DNA of 64,000 nucleotides from Eledone cirrhosa (Eukaryota): NCBI GenBank assembly GCA_964016885.1, contig OZ024746.1, positions 72,788,001 to 72,852,000 of the forward strand, read 5' to 3'. Shown piece by piece: positions 62,601 to 64,000 of this stretch (position 1 is its first letter; each line of letters starts with the position of its first letter). The notes under the pieces were generated by a model. It saw only the letters and a program-made list of their open reading frames with translations, ran no database searches and was not told where the DNA came from. The position numbers and the translations under genes were made by a program.

Positions 62601-63912
62601 ATTTTTCCCATGGTCACACTTGGTGTAAGTGACTGTTCCCATGAACCTCCCCCATCCACCACCTTCAAGACAAGTGATATTGGTGTTTTATAATTCGAAT
62701 AAGGCGCTGCTCTAATGGCCTCCACCCCCACCTCACGATAGGTGAGATTGGTGTTGGGAAATAAGGGGCTGTTACCATGATCTTCATATCCCACTAGCGC
62801 CAGGTAAGTTTGATTCTTTGTCAGGAAGGGATTGTTCCGCATGGCTTCTCAAGTTCTCCTAAATGGGAGAAATCTATATAGTTTACAACAACACATCTTC
62901 ACTAATATGTTGGGCTATTTTTCCATCTCTTCTTCCCAGTTACAGCACATTTGTTCGTAGTAAATTTTCTTTATTTGTAAATATTCATAACACCAATCAT
63001 CCTATCTTGTGTCCATTTGTTACAGCCCCATGCACAGTGAAGCTGGTGGTATCGATCTTAAAGAAATGAAACCACGAGGATCTCCAGCGGTTGATGGATG
63101 ATAAGGGACTGTCCTGTGTTTCGTCCTTTTTCCCATTGTCGTCGACTGTAGTTTTTGATTCATGTTATGTTCTTAGCCACGCAGGGCACTTTTTCAAATA
63201 TATTCATGCATGAGTGTATGTGTGTACATGTGTATATTATATGTGTATGTGTGTGCGTGTGTATATGTGTAAGTGTATATACCTAGAAGTAGCGTAGGAG
63301 GAAACTGTTATATTCGAACAGATATACCGTGTGATCCTCATGCCCAACTGGATAATCTCTCCTGATACGAATGTTTACGTTTCCTTATATATCTTACGGG
63401 TACAAGGACATTAATACAAGGCAAAACGATTAATGGAAGAATTGAGCACTTGACCAACTTCATTGCTCAGTTATATCAGTTTTACAACAGATGTTGTTAC
63501 AGTCTTTTAAAATGGTTTCCGTCTGCCCAATATTACGTACATGGGTGTATCTGATGTTATGGTAAATGACACACTGTCCAAGATGTCACGCAGTGGGATC
63601 GAACCTGAGACGATAATAGTGAAACAAACTTCTTACTCATTCGGCAATGCAGTGTTCACAAATCAGGATGGCAAATTAAGCCACAAATCACATGTGCACT
63701 ACATTTGGCCATCTTTTCCAGTCAAGAATCGATCCCATCATCCAACTATGAATAGATAAACCACAATAGATCATGAACCCAAAGTCACGGACTACATCAA
63801 TTATTGGTGGAGGAGTACACTGAACATTACTAAGAACAAAACATAATGAACATTTTATATATAAGGGAGATAATACATACCTACTACTAACTTGTGTAGG
63901 CATTCCATCTGT
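28825..63912 (-). CDS. Novel micro-exon gene (3' part: 11 coding exons, 340 nt, 112 aa) encoding a Cys-rich C-x11-C repeat protein, probably secreted; continues beyond the window end
   Basis: Exons 63881-63912, 60116-60143, 58388-58419, 57390-57413, 49917-49944, 44916-44947, 42439-42466, 32175-32206, 30711-30759, 30286-30314 and 28825-28850. All have pyrimidine-rich AG acceptors, and the ten internal ones have GTAAG/GTATG donors. Phases are compatible and the join is one stop-free frame with a regular Cys pattern. No transcript evidence is available. Confidence 0.8.
28982..29158. mobile_element. Tigger/pogo-like MITE
   Basis: Inverted termini taccgtatattt ... aaaaatacagta. Confidence 0.45.
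30286..30314 (-). CDS. Micro-exon A (29 nt, phase 2-1) KMKCIEKAL
   Basis: ttttccag|AAAGATGAAATGCATAGAAAAGGCGTTAA|gtaagt. Confidence 0.8.
30711..30759 (-). CDS. Extended micro-exon B (49 nt, phase 1-2) [17 protein letters not shown]
   Basis: tctccattctccag|TTTGGGGGAAGAAGGCTGAGCTTTGTGTTAAAGAAACTGATATCAAGAG|gtaagt. Confidence 0.8.
31521..31660 (+). mobile_element. SINE family 1 with TSD
   Basis: Flanked by the direct repeat attatttagatatgtttc on both sides; internally deleted. Confidence 0.75.
31905..32130 (+). mobile_element. RTE LINE 3'-UTR fragment with (GAT)n tail
   Basis: Close match to 25815-26040. Confidence 0.8.
32175..32206 (-). CDS. Micro-exon A (32 nt) [10 protein letters not shown]
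   Basis: ttttccag|AAAGAAGGATTGCCTAAATGGTGTAGCTAAAC|gtaagt. Confidence 0.8.
32711..32900 (+). mobile_element. Full-length SINE family 1 with TSD
   Basis: ggcggtggattggcag...gagttcaaatcc...ttaactttgcctttcatcc...gaaacaatt, with TSD attatatatcttga. Other copies near 2357, 8920, 19415 (-), 27540 (-), 29440 (-), 53200 (-) and 60888. Confidence 0.8.
33018..33897 (-). mobile_element. Non-autonomous Helitron with a second Helitron (33222-33625, +) nested inside
   Basis: The outer 3' end is the hairpin gcagaaaaccaccc/ggatggtttttctg followed by CTAG|T. The inner copy starts atctttatatatataaaagcg and ends cccgagcaacgcagggtaaatctgCTAG|T. An uninterrupted homolog of the outer element lies at about 60290-61125. 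Confidence 0.65.
33916..34027. repeat. Palindrome with ~54-bp arms containing a hammerhead core in both orientations
   Basis: gatgagattctacaggactagaactgtttcattcattagaaatcatcag-gaat-CTGATGAtttctaatgaatGAAACagttctagtcctgtagaatctcatc. Confidence 0.85.
34330..34985 (-). mobile_element. R4/Dong-like (RLE-type) non-LTR retrotransposon RT fragment
   Basis: [20 protein letters not shown]...[18 protein letters not shown]...[10 protein letters not shown]. Confidence 0.75.
35185..35490. repeat. Compound (TA)n / tataaatatca microsatellite
   Basis: Direct inspection. Confidence 0.9.
35490..36690 (-). mobile_element. RTE LINE 3' part (same family as 23650), disrupted
   Basis: [37 protein letters not shown]; frameshift between ORFs 36078-36632 and 35695-36096. 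Confidence 0.9.
37080..38120 (-). mobile_element. R4/Dong-like LINE C-terminal fragment (CCHC finger plus restriction-like endonuclease)
   Basis: [26 protein letters not shown], then [28 protein letters not shown]...FIPVVI. Confidence 0.7.
38590..40570 (-). mobile_element. Decayed RTE-1/BovB-like LINE (APE endonuclease, internally deleted, C-terminal C2H2)
   Basis: YALT...[33 protein letters not shown]; W-x-x-H-L-I...KQILY...RFKDCVK; LAGFKSH near the end. Confidence 0.7.
41220..41632 (-). pseudogene. TRAPPC2: Processed pseudogene of TRAPPC2 (sedlin)
   Basis: Intronless. MAGSY..IMGHHD..FEIE...[19 protein letters not shown] / [55 protein letters not shown]...[17 protein letters not shown]...RKYLSG*. 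The 5' half has frameshifts. Confidence 0.9.
42439..42466 (-). CDS. Micro-exon B (28 nt, phase 1-2) [10 protein letters not shown]
   Basis: tctccattctccag|GTTGTTCTACAATACAGGATGACACGAA|gtaagtg. Confidence 0.8.
43215..44900. repeat. Duplicated intron block (paralogs at ~62305-63870 and, partially, 55720-56320) containing a probable decayed Tc1/IS630-like transposase
   Basis: Paired near-identical ORFs: 43471-43719 vs 62594-62842 and 43740-43946 vs 62863-63069. The minus strand near 62345 reads, with a 1-nt shift, H-A-E-F-N-P-I-E-F-I, like the HCELNPIE motif. Confidence 0.6.
44916..44947 (-). CDS. Micro-exon A (32 nt) [10 protein letters not shown]
   Basis: gatttccag|CCAGATGAGATGCCTAGCCGATATAACTACAA|gtaagt. 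Confidence 0.8.
45203..46632 (-). mobile_element. Helitron deletion derivative carrying a Rep/helicase N-terminal fragment
   Basis: [18 protein letters not shown]...[21 protein letters not shown]...[15 protein letters not shown]. The 3' hairpin cccgcgtgaaggcgg is followed by CTAG|T. Confidence 0.8.
46930..47200. repeat. Tandem repeat, 3 x ~90 bp
   Basis: tgttttctaaatttaagacagtaggga...gagttagctgctgtttctagcaggtttagtgacctcatagaggata occurs three times. Confidence 0.9.
48055..49533 (+). mobile_element. Helitron derivative with a PIF1 helicase C-terminal fragment and a nested SINE
   Basis: About 49095-49290 reads [41 protein letters not shown]...FSH.Q..VGCSRVG. The element ends cccgggcaacatcggg...CTAG|T. 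Confidence 0.75.
49917..49944 (-). CDS. Micro-exon B (28 nt) [10 protein letters not shown]
   Basis: cctccattctccag|ATTGTTCTATAGTACAGAATAAGACGAA|gtaagtg. Confidence 0.8.
50615..50665 (-). ncRNA. Minimal hammerhead ribozyme motif (PLE-type)
   Basis: The minus strand reads accaCTGATGAt-gttgca-gatg-tgcaac-GAAAgaac, with a perfect 6-bp stem II. Confidence 0.6.
51435..52798 (+). mobile_element. RTE LINE 3' part with (GAT)n tail
   Basis: [12 protein letters not shown]...GKWPCSVC...MLHGSETW...WYGHVMR; same family as 23650. Confidence 0.9.
54223..55005 (+). mobile_element. Helitron fragment
   Basis: Starts atctataatataaag. ORF reads [48 protein letters not shown]...[12 protein letters not shown]...DPLALW, from the Helitron RepHel linker. 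Confidence 0.75.
56380..57200 (-). mobile_element. Very decayed LINE RT fragment
   Basis: Residual TVVIF-x-x-I-x-K-x-F-x-x-x-x-H and LPQG-like motifs on the minus strand, with many stops. Confidence 0.4.
57390..57413 (-). CDS. Micro-exon C (24 nt, symmetric phase 1-1) ANIGVLLE
   Basis: ttttctattctttctag|CCAACATTGGAGTACTACTTGAGG|gtaagtgtg. It supplies a linker equivalent to the 21-nt extension of exon 30711-30759. Confidence 0.7.
58388..58419 (-). CDS. Micro-exon A (32 nt) [10 protein letters not shown]
   Basis: ttttctag|AAAGAAGAGATGCATACAAAAGGTACTGCATG|gtatgt. Confidence 0.8.
59112..59768 (+). mobile_element. Non-autonomous Helitron
   Basis: Starts tctatatatctaaaacagagaatgtctgtc and ends cccaagcaacgctggg...ctgCTAG|T. 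It shares an internal segment with 54470-54720. Confidence 0.65.
60116..60143 (-). CDS. Micro-exon B (28 nt) [10 protein letters not shown]
   Basis: tctccattctacag|AATGTGATAAAGAAAAGAATGCCACGAA|gtaagtg. Confidence 0.8.
63881..63912 (-). CDS. Micro-exon A (32 nt) [10 protein letters not shown]
   Basis: ttttccag|ACAGATGGAATGCCTACACAAGTTAGTAGTAG|gtatgt. Confidence 0.8.
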
Positions 63913-64000
63913 CTGGAAAATAAAGATGAAAAAAACTAATTTGTAAATAAATGTTGTTAATTTAGTGTTATAAAAGAGACAGGAAATGGAATAGACATCC

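Overview
AT-rich, repeat-dense eukaryotic DNA. The SINE, RTE, Penelope and Helitron content suggests a cephalopod, probably an octopus (inference). The one recognisable intact host gene is an intronless NAA20 (9674-10195, +). There is also a processed TRAPPC2/sedlin pseudogene (41220-41632, -). Most other ORFs are transposon debris: hAT, Merlin, Helitron, RTE, R4/Dong-like and CRE-like LINEs, Penelope-like elements with hammerhead ribozymes, and tRNA-derived SINEs. The main hidden signal is invisible in the ORF track: a minus-strand gene made of micro-exons (24-49 nt) lying in tandemly duplicated, TE-invaded introns. Eleven exons spread over 35 kb (63912 to 28825) splice in phase into a stop-free 112-aa C-terminal region: [112 protein letters not shown]. 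It has invariant C-x11-C repeats, N-glycosylation sequons and fixed Cys codons, and the exons have diverged much more than their flanking introns. Its 5' part lies beyond the window end. All coordinates were read by eye; repeat boundaries are approximate.
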